Assembly: GCA_934644965.1 (NCBI GenBank)
Contig: CAKUDG010000016.1
Location: 1,180-65,179, forward strand
Direction of reading: 5' to 3'
Length of the DNA stretch: 64,000 bases
Origin: an uncultured Victivallales bacterium
GTDB taxonomy: Bacteria > Verrucomicrobiota > Lentisphaeria > Victivallales > UBA1829
Part shown: positions 1 to 9,366 of the stretch, piece after piece
Position numbering within the stretch: the first letter of the stretch is position 1
How the letters are laid out: each line of letters starts with the position of its first letter
Made by a program: the position numbers and the translations under genes
Notes under the pieces: model-generated
Database searches by the model: none
Seen by the model: the letters and a program-made list of their open reading frames with translations, nothing else
What the model was told of the DNA's origin: nothing

Positions 1-30
1 GATCAAAACTCCCAGGATACAGAATCGTTC

Positions 31-342
31 TCATGATGCCGGCTCCACCACATTGAGCGAGGACTCCCTCACCATTCCGCAAATTTTTTCACGATAACGC
101 CGCATATGCTCCGATTCCAGATGTGCCTTGAGCGCCTCCAGGCTTTCCCAGCCTTCCAGAATGGTCACCACATCCGGAGAACAACGCTGCTGCTTTGAGA
201 GCCCGGAAGGAAAATCCACCGCAGGCTGATACATCAGACAGCCGTTTTCGGCACGCACATTCGGGACATTCGCATTCAGAATTTCCAGAAATTCTGCCCT
301 CATCCCCTCCTTGAGTTCCGAGGTCGCAATCACATAAATCAT
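31..342 (-). CDS. Antibiotic biosynthesis monooxygenase (ABM) domain protein, YgiN-like, 103 aa
   Basis: C-terminal 103 aa of ORF 31..825 (MIYVIATSELKEG...TILEGWESLEALKAHLESEHM) has the typical ABM/ferredoxin-like pattern. The ATG at 342 was verified in sequence. The upstream part of the ORF is low-complexity and not credible. Confidence 0.75.
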   Translation of the reverse strand: MIYVIATSELKEGMRAEFLEILNANVPNVRAENGCLMYQPAVDFPSGLSKQQRCSPDVVTILEGWESLEALKAHLESEHMRRYREKICGMVRESSLNVVEPAS

Positions 343-589
343 GTTGTTGAACTCCTTGTTCTGTGCCTGTGAGAAAAAAGCACGATATATAAAATGCCAC
401 GTCCTCCGCCAATATGCAAACATGAAATCCGGGCATCCCCCTGAAAAGATTTCTCCCCCTTTTTTCTCCTCCGTCTCATTCCCTTGATTTCCACACTCTT
501 TCTTTTTCGGTTTTTTCTTCTTTCCCTTCTTTCCGGTGGAGAAGAAAACGGCAGGGCGCGGAACGCGGCAGGGAAAGGGAGAAACTCCT

Positions 590-1873
590 TCAGCAATCCA
601 TCCGGAGACAGGAAAAGGGGAAGTCCGTTTCGCAGGAATCGCTTTTTCCTTGGAGAAACGCGGAAAAAAAGTCTTCCGCGGCAGACTCCTTTTCCGGCGC
701 AGAAGAAGTGACGAAGCGACCTTCCGGAAGAGTGTCCGGGACGGCAGCGGCAGAAGAGGAGGATGACCACGCCGAAATACGGAGTCCCGGCACATTCCTC
801 GCCAGAAAAGTGGGGACTCCGGCAATCCGTTCCCGATGAGTTTCCCGCTTGAAATCCCGGATGAGGAAATTTTTCACGCGCGTTTCGCACTGGATCAGAG
901 CCAGTTGCAAAGGCCGGTCTGCGGAGAGATGCGTCCGGAAACCGTGAATGAGGATATTTTCAATACATCCGCAGCCTTCAGGGAAATCCTCCTCCCGGAA
1001 AAGGGGTGTTCTGCAATATCTTGCCGCATCGAGGTTGAGGGCAAAATGCCGGCATCCGGCCTCGATGTTTTCAAAGAGGATGTTCCGGATCGGAGAGCTT
1101 ACGCTGAGCATCCGGATCACGCTGTAACAATCCTCGGCGCGGACATTGCGGATGATGAGGTTTTCAATCGGACCACAGCAGAGATCCAGATTTTCCAGAC
1201 GCACCATGCTGTCATCGGCATTCAGTGCAATCAAATCGTCATTCGTCTGGCCTTTGGAGAGCACGCGGACATTTTCCACAATTCCGTTCCTGACACAGCC
1301 TCCGAAATGCAGCCCGTCCTGATTGAACGCCGGCTTTTCACTGGAGATCCTGAGATCCCGGATGAGAAAATCATCCAGGCGGGACATCCGGAGATTGTAG
1401 ACTACGGAATTGGCAAGCTCCATATTTTCCAGATGAAGACCGCGGACATGGAAGAAATCGAGAGTCGTTCCCGACCATGCATCGCTGCGGAAAAGATCCG
1501 GATCCTTGGTATTGAATCGGCCGCTGTTGTTTCCATCCCAGATTCCGCCGGTGATCCGGATGTCTTCATTTCCGTTTTCGTGATCGGCGTTGGTCAGCAG
1601 GAAATCGCCGCGCTGTTTCGGGGTTTCGCCGCAGAGGAAAAGACGGGCTCCCGGAGCGGCGTCGATGCAGGTATGGGAACGGACGAACAAGGTCCGGGTG
1701 ATCCGATAGCGTCCTTCGGGAATCCGGAGGATCCGTTTTTCAGTGTCAAGGGCTTTCTGAATGGGGCCGGAATCATCGGCCGTGCCGTCGCCTACGGCTC
1801 CGAAATCTCTGATGTCGATCTGCTGCCAGTCTTTCATTTTTTCTGTCCTGTTTTTCCTCTCCGGGGAATTCAT
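590..1873 (-). CDS. Right-handed beta-helix glycosidase, pectate-lyase superfamily / GH28-related
   Basis: N-terminal IDIRDFGAVGDGTADDSGPIQKAL motif, followed by repeated beta-helix-like segments (NQDGLHF, ENVRV, IRNVRAEDC). The alternative start MKDWQQ at 1837 has a better SD. The C-terminal ~60 aa are low complexity. Confidence 0.7.
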   Translation of the reverse strand: MNSPERKNRTEKMKDWQQIDIRDFGAVGDGTADDSGPIQKALDTEKRILRIPEGRYRITRTLFVRSHTCIDAAPGARLFLCGETPKQRGDFLLTNADHENGNEDIRITGGIWDGNNSGRFNTKDPDLFRSDAWSGTTLDFFHVRGLHLENMELANSVVYNLRMSRLDDFLIRDLRISSEKPAFNQDGLHFGGCVRNGIVENVRVLSKGQTNDDLIALNADDSMVRLENLDLCCGPIENLIIRNVRAEDCYSVIRMLSVSSPIRNILFENIEAGCRHFALNLDAARYCRTPLFREEDFPEGCGCIENILIHGFRTHLSADRPLQLALIQCETRVKNFLIRDFKRETHRERIAGVPTFLARNVPGLRISAWSSSSSAAAVPDTLPEGRFVTSSAPEKESAAEDFFSAFLQGKSDSCETDFPFSCLRMDC

Positions 1874-2014
1874 GATGCTCCTTCCGACGCATTAATATAG
1901 TCCTTTTTCCGCACCGGGCAATTTCTTTTTCCGCAATCGGGGTGTATCTTATCGGCCATTGAATTCAAGAAAAGGCGGGAGGGGGAAAACAAGAAAGGAC
2001 GTTTCAGCTTCATT

Positions 2015-2581
2015 ATGATGAACAGGGCTTTTTTCCTGGATCGGGACGGTGTCCTTATCCTGGACAAACATTATCTCTCCGATCCCGGACAGGTGGAACT
2101 GTTTCCCGGCACCGCAAAGGCGCTCCGCCGGATGCGCAGCTGCGGATATAAGATCATCGCTGTTTCCAATCAGTCCGGAATCGCCCGGGGATACTTCACT
2201 TTCGAGGACCTGGAGCGCGTTCAGGAACGGATCGACGAACTCCTCCGCAGGGAGAACGCCCAAATTGACGCATGGTATTACTGTCCACATTATCCCGGCG
2301 GAAAAGTTCCCGCCTATTCCGTTGTCTGTTCCTGCCGGAAGCCCGCCCCGGGGCTGATCCTGAAGGCGGCGGAGGAACAGAATATTGATCTCGGCTTCTC
2401 TGTTATGATCGGCGACAATCTTTCGGATCTCCAGGCTGGAAAGGCTGCTGGATGCGGCACGCTTATTCTGCTCAGGACAAAAAATCCGCCTCCTGACATC
2501 TCCTCCTGTCCGGAAGCCATGGAGGCGGATACCCTCTCCGATGCACTGGAATACATCCCAGATACTTGTAGAGGGCAATAA
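2015..2581 (+). CDS. gmhB: D-glycero-beta-D-manno-heptose-1,7-bisphosphate 7-phosphatase (HAD-IIIA)
   Basis: FLDRDGVL HAD motif I, AVSNQSGIARGY motif II, the CxC-RKP zinc/loop signature (CSCRKPAPGL) and a GD motif (MIGDNLSDLQAG). Confidence 0.85.
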   Translation: MMNRAFFLDRDGVLILDKHYLSDPGQVELFPGTAKALRRMRSCGYKIIAVSNQSGIARGYFTFEDLERVQERIDELLRRENAQIDAWYYCPHYPGGKVPAYSVVCSCRKPAPGLILKAAEEQNIDLGFSVMIGDNLSDLQAGKAAGCGTLILLRTKNPPPDISSCPEAMEADTLSDALEYIPDTCRGQ

Positions 2582-2756
2582 GTCATCTTGCTTCGGAAAA
2601 TGGGCATACGGCGGGGAAAACGATTCCGGATTGCAAGAAGGGGAGGGCAACATGCCTCCTCTCCTCATCTCAGATCCGGGATATTGTTCCGCGCTGCCTG
2701 AGCACGCGCATATTTTTCCCTATCTGTTTTTCCTCGCCGTATTTTCTTTTCCATTC

Positions 2757-2906
2757 TCAATTCTCCGTCTGCGATTTTCCGGAGGATCGTTTCTGTTTCC
2801 TTTTGTTTTTCATTTCATAATAAGCAGCCGTCAGAAAAAGCAGCAAAAGACCGCCTGTGATCAGAACGGCCAGAACCGTCAGAAATGTGGAAAACCAGTC
2901 TGGCAT
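2757..2906 (-). CDS. Possible small single-pass membrane protein (49 aa)
   Basis: MPDWFSTFLTVLAVLITGGLLLLFLTAAYY followed by a basic tail KNKRKQKR. A clean TM helix is unlikely by chance, but the SD is weak and I recognise no homology. Confidence 0.3.
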   Translation of the reverse strand: MPDWFSTFLTVLAVLITGGLLLLFLTAAYYEMKNKRKQKRSSGKSQTEN

Positions 2907-4131
2907 CGGAATCGAGTTCCTTATTTTACAAAGTTTGAATTCTGTTGTGAAAAAGAGGAGGGGAGAGCCCGGATCTTTTTTTCTTCCCGGCGCTCCCGGA
3001 ATTTCCTGCCGGCGGAAAGAATTCCGCGCGGACAGGTTCCTGGGAAAAAGGACGGCAGTTCTTCCTTCGCCATAGTAGCCGATATGATTTTCTTCCCTGT
3101 TTCTTATTCTCCCGTTTTCCGGAGACAATGGGAAGAAGCCGCATCCAGCTCTGTGTGAAAGCATGGATTAGCAGGGATGGAGGATTGTCCTGCTTCTTGA
3201 GGCGGCTGAGGAGAATCTTCCCCATCATCCGGAAGAAAGAAGAAGCTTTTTGAAGAGGCATCCGCCCTGTCAAAAAGGGGTGTTTCTTCAGAGGAAACTC
3301 CACTTCCCGGCGGTATTTCCCTCCGGTTTCCGGTGGGGAAGAAATCTGTTCAGGCAGGGGAAAGTCCGTCCGTTTTCTCCGGGCCCGCCCGGACCGGAAG
3401 AGTTCTGGAAAGAATCCTTTCCCTGGTGAGAAGACGTTCACGGAGAGTCGTTCCCGGGAAAGAAGACCAGGCGCAGAAGAATGAGACCGCATGGTCCCGA
3501 TGGGAAAAGCAAAAGGAAGAGGCTGAAGAAAAAGCTCTTCCTCCTCCATCGCCTCCGTTCTCTGAGAAAGCCCTGAATCTTCCCGTATTCAGAATGCGCG
3601 CATGGCGAGAAAAAAGAAGAGAGTCTGAAATGTGGGAGGGAATGCCGCAGGAAAGAGCGCTCTCGGCAGTCTTCTCTTTTCCCACCCCTCCAGTCTTCTC
3701 CATTCCGGGGAAGTGAGAAGAGAGTATCCCCCCCTCCTCCGTGCAGGCCAGAGCCGGCAGAACGACACCCTGACAAACGGAAAACAGAAAAAGAAACCCC
3801 GTAACGCATAAGAAAAACGGGAGGCGGACTTTTCTTATCACGTTCAGAAAAGTCGGGTTTCCCCCGCGTATATTATTCCCGGAGGATTTCCCGAAAAAAA
3901 GAGACGAGCCTCCGTTGCTGCTCTCATCGCGTTCCTTCACTTGCGGCATCCTCCTCCCGAAGAAGGGAAGGCAACGGAGCGGCGCCTGAAACACATGGAA
4001 AAAAGAGAAAGGCAAAAATTTCCAGAAGCAAAAACCTTTTCCCTCCTCCGGTCCGTACTGTCCACTCTGTTGTTCTCCCGGCATTTTCTGTTGTCTTTGC
4101 GGCATTTGGCATTATGAAGCGGCGGCGTTTT

Positions 4132-5535
4132 TTATTCCGCAGGGACATCTTCCCTGGGATCGAGATTTTTTGTTTTCTCCTCCCGGAGAAAGAGGGGATG
4201 TCCGGGATCCCCGCGGAGATAATTGGTCACAGAAGGGAATGCAATGGAAAGTCCGGCGGAATTGAATTCCTGCAGGATTTTCAGATTGATTTCATTCCGC
4301 ATCCGGTCTTCCTCCTTGAATCCGCAGGCTTTCAGCCACAGGATGACTTCGATGTCCAGTGCGGAAGCGCCGAAATCATGAAAGGTGACGATCGGTTTAT
4401 AGAGATCGGGATCCGCTCCGTGGAAATCGTCGACGATTCCGTGAAGGATTTGCATGGCCTGGCGGATCTGTTCCGGCGTACTGTCATAGACAAGTCCGAT
4501 GGTAAAGAGCATCCTGAGATGTCCGGCGGCGCTGACATTTTCAATGGAGGAATCCGTGAGAATGCTGTTCGGCACGCAGACCACGCTTTCGGACGCTGTC
4601 CTGAGGCGACAGGAACGCATGCCGACCTCTTCCACAATTCCGTCCATTCCGTTGAAACGGATTCTGTCTCCGATATGGAAAGGCTTGTCCAGTACGATGA
4701 TCACTGCTCCCAGAAAATTTGTCAGGGTTTCTTTCGCGAGGAAGGCCGTGGCAAGCCCAAGTGCGCCTGCGCCGGTCAGAACGGTGGCAATGTTCAACTC
4801 AAAAATGCTCTGTCCGATGAAAAGCACAGTCAGTACCCAGATCAGAACTTTGACGGTCTTCCGGATGATATTGACCAGCAGACAATCCAAACTGATGTCG
4901 CTCCGCGAAGCAATCGCTCCCAGAATCCCGTTGAACACTTCCACCACGCGGAACACTCCCCATACCACTATCAGGGTCAGGATCGTGAAGAAAATTTTCA
5001 GATCAAACGGATAGACCGCATCCGGAAGGGAATTCAGGATTGGCAGCAGAAAAAAGAAAACAGACAGTGTCACAAACAGGAAAATAATCGGAAGCGACAG
5101 ACTCGAAATCAATTGCCAGCGGAGAGGAAGCGACTTGTGTGCATTCCTTGCCTTCTCAATCCTGCGCCGCACGAGAATCCGCATGAGCATGACAGCGAGA
5201 AATCCGATTCCCGCGGCAGATCCGCTCCCCAGAATCAGGCAGATCAACGCATCTTTTTCCCGTGTGAACCAGTCTCCGGCTCCGCGCACATCTTCTCTTA
5301 GACTCCTTTCAATTTCATCCTGAGTCAAGATGGGATAGTCTGCTTCTCCCTTCCTGACGGCCTCCGTTTTTTCCAAAGTGGGGGATTCCTCCTCTTCCCC
5401 CGGCACCACCGGAGTCAGCATTTCCTGAGAGCTATCCCCGGAAAAAGCAGGAGACACAATAAACAGTCCCGGACAAAACAGTATTGCAAGGCAACACAGT
5501 AAACTTCTGATCCATTCAGATCCCTTTTCTCTCAT
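4132..5535 (-). CDS. Mechanosensitive ion channel, MscS family, with N-terminal signal peptide
   Basis: Multiple TM helices followed by the MscS beta-domain pattern (KPFHIGDRIRFNGMDGIVEEVGMRSCRLRTASESVVCVPNSIL). Confidence 0.85.
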   Translation of the reverse strand: MREKGSEWIRSLLCCLAILFCPGLFIVSPAFSGDSSQEMLTPVVPGEEEESPTLEKTEAVRKGEADYPILTQDEIERSLREDVRGAGDWFTREKDALICLILGSGSAAGIGFLAVMLMRILVRRRIEKARNAHKSLPLRWQLISSLSLPIIFLFVTLSVFFFLLPILNSLPDAVYPFDLKIFFTILTLIVVWGVFRVVEVFNGILGAIASRSDISLDCLLVNIIRKTVKVLIWVLTVLFIGQSIFELNIATVLTGAGALGLATAFLAKETLTNFLGAVIIVLDKPFHIGDRIRFNGMDGIVEEVGMRSCRLRTASESVVCVPNSILTDSSIENVSAAGHLRMLFTIGLVYDSTPEQIRQAMQILHGIVDDFHGADPDLYKPIVTFHDFGASALDIEVILWLKACGFKEEDRMRNEINLKILQEFNSAGLSIAFPSVTNYLRGDPGHPLFLREEKTKNLDPREDVPAE

Positions 5536-5752
5536 GGTGCGTCCTTTTTATGATTCCTCACGCGCTTGATTTTCTTTATCCTTTGCCGGAGGAGGCAACG
5601 GAAAAAAACACTTCTTCCTTCCTGCTTTTACTTTACGCCGGAAACTCATTTTTTCCAATTCCAGGAAAAAATCGGCTGCATAATAGAAGAAGAGATGCCG
5701 GGAGCGAAACGCTGGCCGCCGGAGGCAAAAAAAATAAAATAAAAATAAAAAC

Positions 5753-5832
5753 ATGAGGGCTGCTCGCCCTCATACTCCCCGGCAGGATTGCATCTCCTGC
5801 ACCTGGCAGGCGTCGCCTGCCGTATTTTTTTT
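5753..5832 (+). repeat. Three-hairpin intergenic repeat, copy 1 (bidirectional terminator-like)
   Basis: ATGAGGGC-n6-GCCCTCAT, GCAGGA-n7-TCCTGC and GGCAGGC-GTC-GCCTGCC hairpins, then a T-run. An A-rich run lies upstream (5728-5750). Confidence 0.8.
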
Positions 5833-5863
5833 ATTTTCTCTTTATTTTTTTTTTTTGAAAAGC

Positions 5864-5950
5864 ATGAGGGCTGCTCGCCCTCATACTCCCCGGCAGGATT
5901 GCATCTCCTGCACCCGGCAGGCGTCGCCTGCCGTATTTTTTTATTTTTTT
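5864..5950 (+). repeat. Three-hairpin intergenic repeat, copy 2 (tandem, 111 bp after copy 1)
   Basis: Identical to copy 1 except for one T/C difference (cacctgg vs cacccgg). It ends in a T-run abutting the stop of the exonuclease gene at 5941. Confidence 0.8.
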
Positions 5951-6753
5951 GGGAAAATTCCTTTCAAGGCATCCGCAGCAATTTTTTTCACGTCCGCTTC
6001 AAAATCCGACTTGATGATCCAGCGCAGAAAATCCGGATTGTCCACGGCAATCTTCGCCAGAGGAATTCCCGCATTCCTTCCGAAACCGATGACCGCAACT
6101 CCATTCCTCCATTTGAACTTCCCCCCGCGGTCGACCGCATCCGGATTCTGCTGACAGCAGAAGGCATGCAGAGAATCCAGGTCGGTCGGAAAAAGCTCGA
6201 CCGTTTCGGGGAGTTGCGACTTTTCCAGTTTGGAATAGCGTTCCATCTGAGCTTCAAAGATGTCCACTGTGGCAAGAGTGTCCGCCTCCGCGCTGTGTGC
6301 ATCTTCCATCTTCTTACCGCAGAAGAACTGATAGGCGGCCGAAAGATTCCGGGGTTCCATTCTGCAGAAAATCGTGTAGACGTCAATAATGCGCCGCCCC
6401 TCCAGAGAAAAGGAGAGCCCGGCGCGCGCAAATTCACGGACAAGCACCGGGATGTCGAAACGGGCGATGTTGTATCCTCCCAGATCACAGCCTTCCAGAC
6501 AGATGAACAGATTTTTGGAGATCTGGCGGAAAGTCGGGGCATCTTTCACATCTTCATCACTGATTTTGTGAATGGCGGTTGCTTCTGGAGGGATCGGCAT
6601 TTCCGGATTCAGGCGGCGCGTCTTCACTTCCCGCTGTCCGTCCGGATACAATTTGACCAGAGTCAATTCCACAATTCTGTCCGTAAGTACATTGGTTCCC
6701 GTGGTTTCCAGGTCAAAAAAAACCAGGGGACGGTCTTTAATCAAGCCGTTCAT
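5941..6753 (-). CDS. DEDDh 3'-5' exonuclease (DnaQ/epsilon-like) with C-terminal extension
   Basis: FFDLETTG (Exo I), GYNIARFDIPVL (Exo II) and HSAEADTLAT (Exo III, H-x4-D). The C-terminal ~70 aa (KFKWRNGVAVIGFGRNAGIPLAKIAVDNPDFLRWII) resemble a DUF3820-type motif, from memory. Confidence 0.85.
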   Translation of the reverse strand: MNGLIKDRPLVFFDLETTGTNVLTDRIVELTLVKLYPDGQREVKTRRLNPEMPIPPEATAIHKISDEDVKDAPTFRQISKNLFICLEGCDLGGYNIARFDIPVLVREFARAGLSFSLEGRRIIDVYTIFCRMEPRNLSAAYQFFCGKKMEDAHSAEADTLATVDIFEAQMERYSKLEKSQLPETVELFPTDLDSLHAFCCQQNPDAVDRGGKFKWRNGVAVIGFGRNAGIPLAKIAVDNPDFLRWIIKSDFEADVKKIAADALKGIFPKK

Positions 6754-6990
6754 GAAATTTCGTCTCCTCTTGCAGTCTCATACGGTTCCGGAACAATACA
6801 TCCGGCGCATGCAAAAGAAAAGTCAGCCTTTGCTGATTTCAGCTGCTTTTTCAGAGGGGCGTGTTCCGGGATGGTTCTGATTCCCCGTCCTTTCTCCTTT
6901 GTGCGGGGTGGGATGCGCCTTTTGTTTCCCGTGCCTGTGTTTTTTTCAGCGATGGTCCTGTTCCGGAGAAGAGGGAGAGGTGGAACCGTA

Positions 6991-8097
6991 TCAGGAGGGA
7001 AGGGGAGAAAGATTCAGAAGAGGCTGATAATATTCACCTTCCGCCTTCCGGCGGTCCTGTTCCGGGAAATGGGAGACCGTTACGCCGATGAGACGGACTT
7101 TCCGTTTTCCCGCCTCGCTGTTCTGGAGGAGTTCTCCGCAGATTCCCGCAATCAGTTCTGCATCGTTGGTGAAGAAATCGAGACTTCTGCTCCGCGTGAT
7201 GGTTTTGAAATCGAAGAATTTGATTTTCAGCGTCACCGTTTTTCCGGAAAGGCGGCGTTTCTTCAGTTCGGCGGCGACTTCTCCGGCCTGACGGCAGAGC
7301 GTTTCATACAGGAAGACGGTATCGTCCACATCATATTCAAACGTTTCTTCCGTGCCGAGAGATTTCCTTTCATACTTTGCGCAGACTTCCCGGTGGTCGA
7401 TGCCTCTGGCGATTTCATAATAGAAATCGCCGTTCTTTCCGAAAAGTTCATGGAGTGTGATGCGGGTGAGTTTTTTCAGATCGGAACCGTTCCGGATGCC
7501 CATTTTGAGGAACTGTTTTTCCGTCACTTTTCCGACACCGTAGAATTTTCCGATTGGCAAAGTATCCAGGAAAGCGGAGGCCATTTCAGGAAGAATCACG
7601 GTGAGACCGTCCGGCTTTCTGTAATCGGAAGCAATTTTTGCGAAAAACTTGTTGAAGGAGACGCCGGCGGAGGCGGTAAGTCCGTCGGTTTCCTTCCGGA
7701 TTCTTGAGCGGATTTCCCGGGCGATGCGCGTTGCATAGGGAATGCCGCGCTTGTTTTCGCTGACATCAAGATACGCTTCGTCCAGAGACATGGGTTCAAC
7801 AAGATCCGTGTAGTCGGAAAAAATCCTTCTGATTCTGCGCGACACTTCCGCATACACCTCCCGCCGCGGCTGCAGGAACACCGCTCCTGGACAAAGGCGG
7901 AAGGCCGTGTTGATCCCCATTGCCGAATGAATTCCGAAGCGTCTTGCTTCATAGGAACAGGTGCAGACCACGCCGCGCGTTCCGGGAAGACCACCCACGA
8001 CCACCGGTTTCCCTCTGAGCGCCGGATTGTCACGGATTTCCACGGAGGCATAAAACGCATCCATGTCCACATGTATGATTTTCCGGATTTTTTCCAT
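6991..8097 (-). CDS. dinB: DNA polymerase IV (Y-family translesion polymerase)
   Basis: KIIHVDMDAFYASVE start signature, SLDEAYLDV, and the little-finger region. The start at 8097 (MEKIRKII) is preferred over 8115 because GAGGA lies 11 nt upstream. Confidence 0.9.
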   Translation of the reverse strand: MEKIRKIIHVDMDAFYASVEIRDNPALRGKPVVVGGLPGTRGVVCTCSYEARRFGIHSAMGINTAFRLCPGAVFLQPRREVYAEVSRRIRRIFSDYTDLVEPMSLDEAYLDVSENKRGIPYATRIAREIRSRIRKETDGLTASAGVSFNKFFAKIASDYRKPDGLTVILPEMASAFLDTLPIGKFYGVGKVTEKQFLKMGIRNGSDLKKLTRITLHELFGKNGDFYYEIARGIDHREVCAKYERKSLGTEETFEYDVDDTVFLYETLCRQAGEVAAELKKRRLSGKTVTLKIKFFDFKTITRSRSLDFFTNDAELIAGICGELLQNSEAGKRKVRLIGVTVSHFPEQDRRKAEGEYYQPLLNLSPLPS

Positions 8098-8243
8098 CCT
8101 GCGGAAATTCCTCATCCAGCAGAACAGGTCTGATCTGGAACTGAGTTTGAAAGTCTGTTATGCCTCCGCCGCTGCGGCTCTGATGGTTTCCGCTGCGACG
8201 TTTCCTCTGAATCTTCCGTCCGGGAGAAGGCGTGTGCTCTTTC

Positions 8244-9113
8244 TCAGTAGAACGGAGAAAACAGATTGTTTTCCACCTGGTTCTGAGGTGCTGTGGGATC
8301 CAGAGGACTGCCGTACATTGTCCCGGCAAGCGCGGAGGAAGGAAGACTTTCCGCGTGGCCGTCGAAAAACAAGGTGTTCAGCAGGAGTTTGTGCCGTCCG
8401 AAACGGGCGTCTTCGAGCGCCTTTTTCTGATATTCATCCGCCGTGAAGTCGCTGAGGGAAAAGGAGGATCCCGAACAGGAAAGAGCTCCCGGCATATAGA
8501 TTCCCGGGGTGAAGGAGATCCAACCGTTCCCGTTGGTCAGCCCCGTCTTCCCGCCCTGGACGGAGGACGGCCCGTCCATCATATAAACCTTTCCCGAGGG
8601 CTGGCGGACCAGAGGAAGTCTGCTGCGGGCCATGTCGATCAGACGGTACTGCCAGAAATAATTCTGCCAGTAGCCGTAGGCAAAATCATAATTGTTCCAG
8701 TCCCTGCAGTAGCGTCTCTGTTCGGGACACATCATTTTGAGGTGGATTTTTGTCTTTGTCTTGTCCGTGCGCTGATAGAGAATTCCTCCATAGCTGAAAC
8801 GGGGAAGACGCGGATTCATCCGCAGAAGCAGATATTCCAGATTCGTCCCCGGACAGTTCGGAAGGACGCCTTCATAAGAGCTGACATAGGGCAAAAAACC
8901 CTGACTGTCATCCATCATATAACTGATCCCCTGCAGACCGAACTGTTTGAGATTCGTCATGCAGCTGATTCTGCATGCCGTGTCCTTCGCCGCCTGCAGG
9001 GCCGGCAGCAGAAGTCCTGCCAGAATTGCAATGACGGCAATGACCACCAGAAGCTCAATCAGCGTGAATTTTGCCTGTTCACGAACTCGATTCCATATCC
9101 GTCTCCGCATCAT
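8244..9113 (-). CDS. Prepilin-leader / H-X9-DG (DUF1559-type) pilin-like protein
   Basis: [26 protein letters not shown]-terminal cleavage/methylation motif. C-terminal H-x9-DG ([13 protein letters not shown]). Confidence 0.85.
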   Translation of the reverse strand: MMRRRIWNRVREQAKFTLIELLVVIAVIAILAGLLLPALQAAKDTACRISCMTNLKQFGLQGISYMMDDSQGFLPYVSSYEGVLPNCPGTNLEYLLLRMNPRLPRFSYGGILYQRTDKTKTKIHLKMMCPEQRRYCRDWNNYDFAYGYWQNYFWQYRLIDMARSRLPLVRQPSGKVYMMDGPSSVQGGKTGLTNGNGWISFTPGIYMPGALSCSGSSFSLSDFTADEYQKKALEDARFGRHKLLLNTLFFDGHAESLPSSALAGTMYGSPLDPTAPQNQVENNLFSPFY

Positions 9114-9366
9114 GGTCGTTTTCCCTTTTTCTCGGCTTCGTTTTTTCCCTGTTTTCCTGCTGTCTCAGGATTTTCCTTTCCTCTTGAAAAGGAGGCGCGG
9201 AATCCTGATTCGGGGGTGATGGGTGCTTTTTCCGGTCTCTGTCTTATAATAATACCATTGGGGGGGAGTCTTGTCAATCCTTTTCATTCTTTTTCCTTTC
9301 CTCGGAGCAATGCGGCGGTGCTTCAGACAGAGAATGTTCCGGAGAGTACCGCTTGCGGAGAATGCG

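Noticed and set aside
3357-3368. GGGGAAAGTCCG resembling the RNase P RNA P4 GGAAAGTCC motif in the ORF-poor region
   Set aside because: I found none of the other universally conserved RNase P blocks nearby (ACAGAAA-ACCGCC context, GGGTAAGGGTGAAA-like, 3' P4 strand). It is an isolated match in low-complexity sequence.
2541-3549. ORFs 2541..3158 (+) and 2926..3549 (-) in the gmhB-mscS spacer
   Set aside because: They mutually overlap, have low-complexity composition, and show no SD, motif or plausible domain.
3350-3841. Possible GTG-initiated lipoprotein-like ORF (VIRKVRLPFFLCVTGFLFLFSVCQGVVLPALAC...) inside ORF 3350..4105
   Set aside because: The signal-peptide-like start is suggestive. However, the remaining ~150 aa are Ser/Gly/Phe/Arg low complexity, there is no ATG and no convincing SD, and the lipobox is non-canonical. 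It is not supportable without homology.
5753-6154. 133-aa ORF encoding a repeated MRAARPHTPRQDCISCT peptide (also ORF 30131..30322)
   Set aside because: The repeated peptide is the translation of the hairpin-rich intergenic repeat. Stem-conserving and loop-variable differences, plus flanking A/T runs, point to an RNA/DNA structure and not coding.
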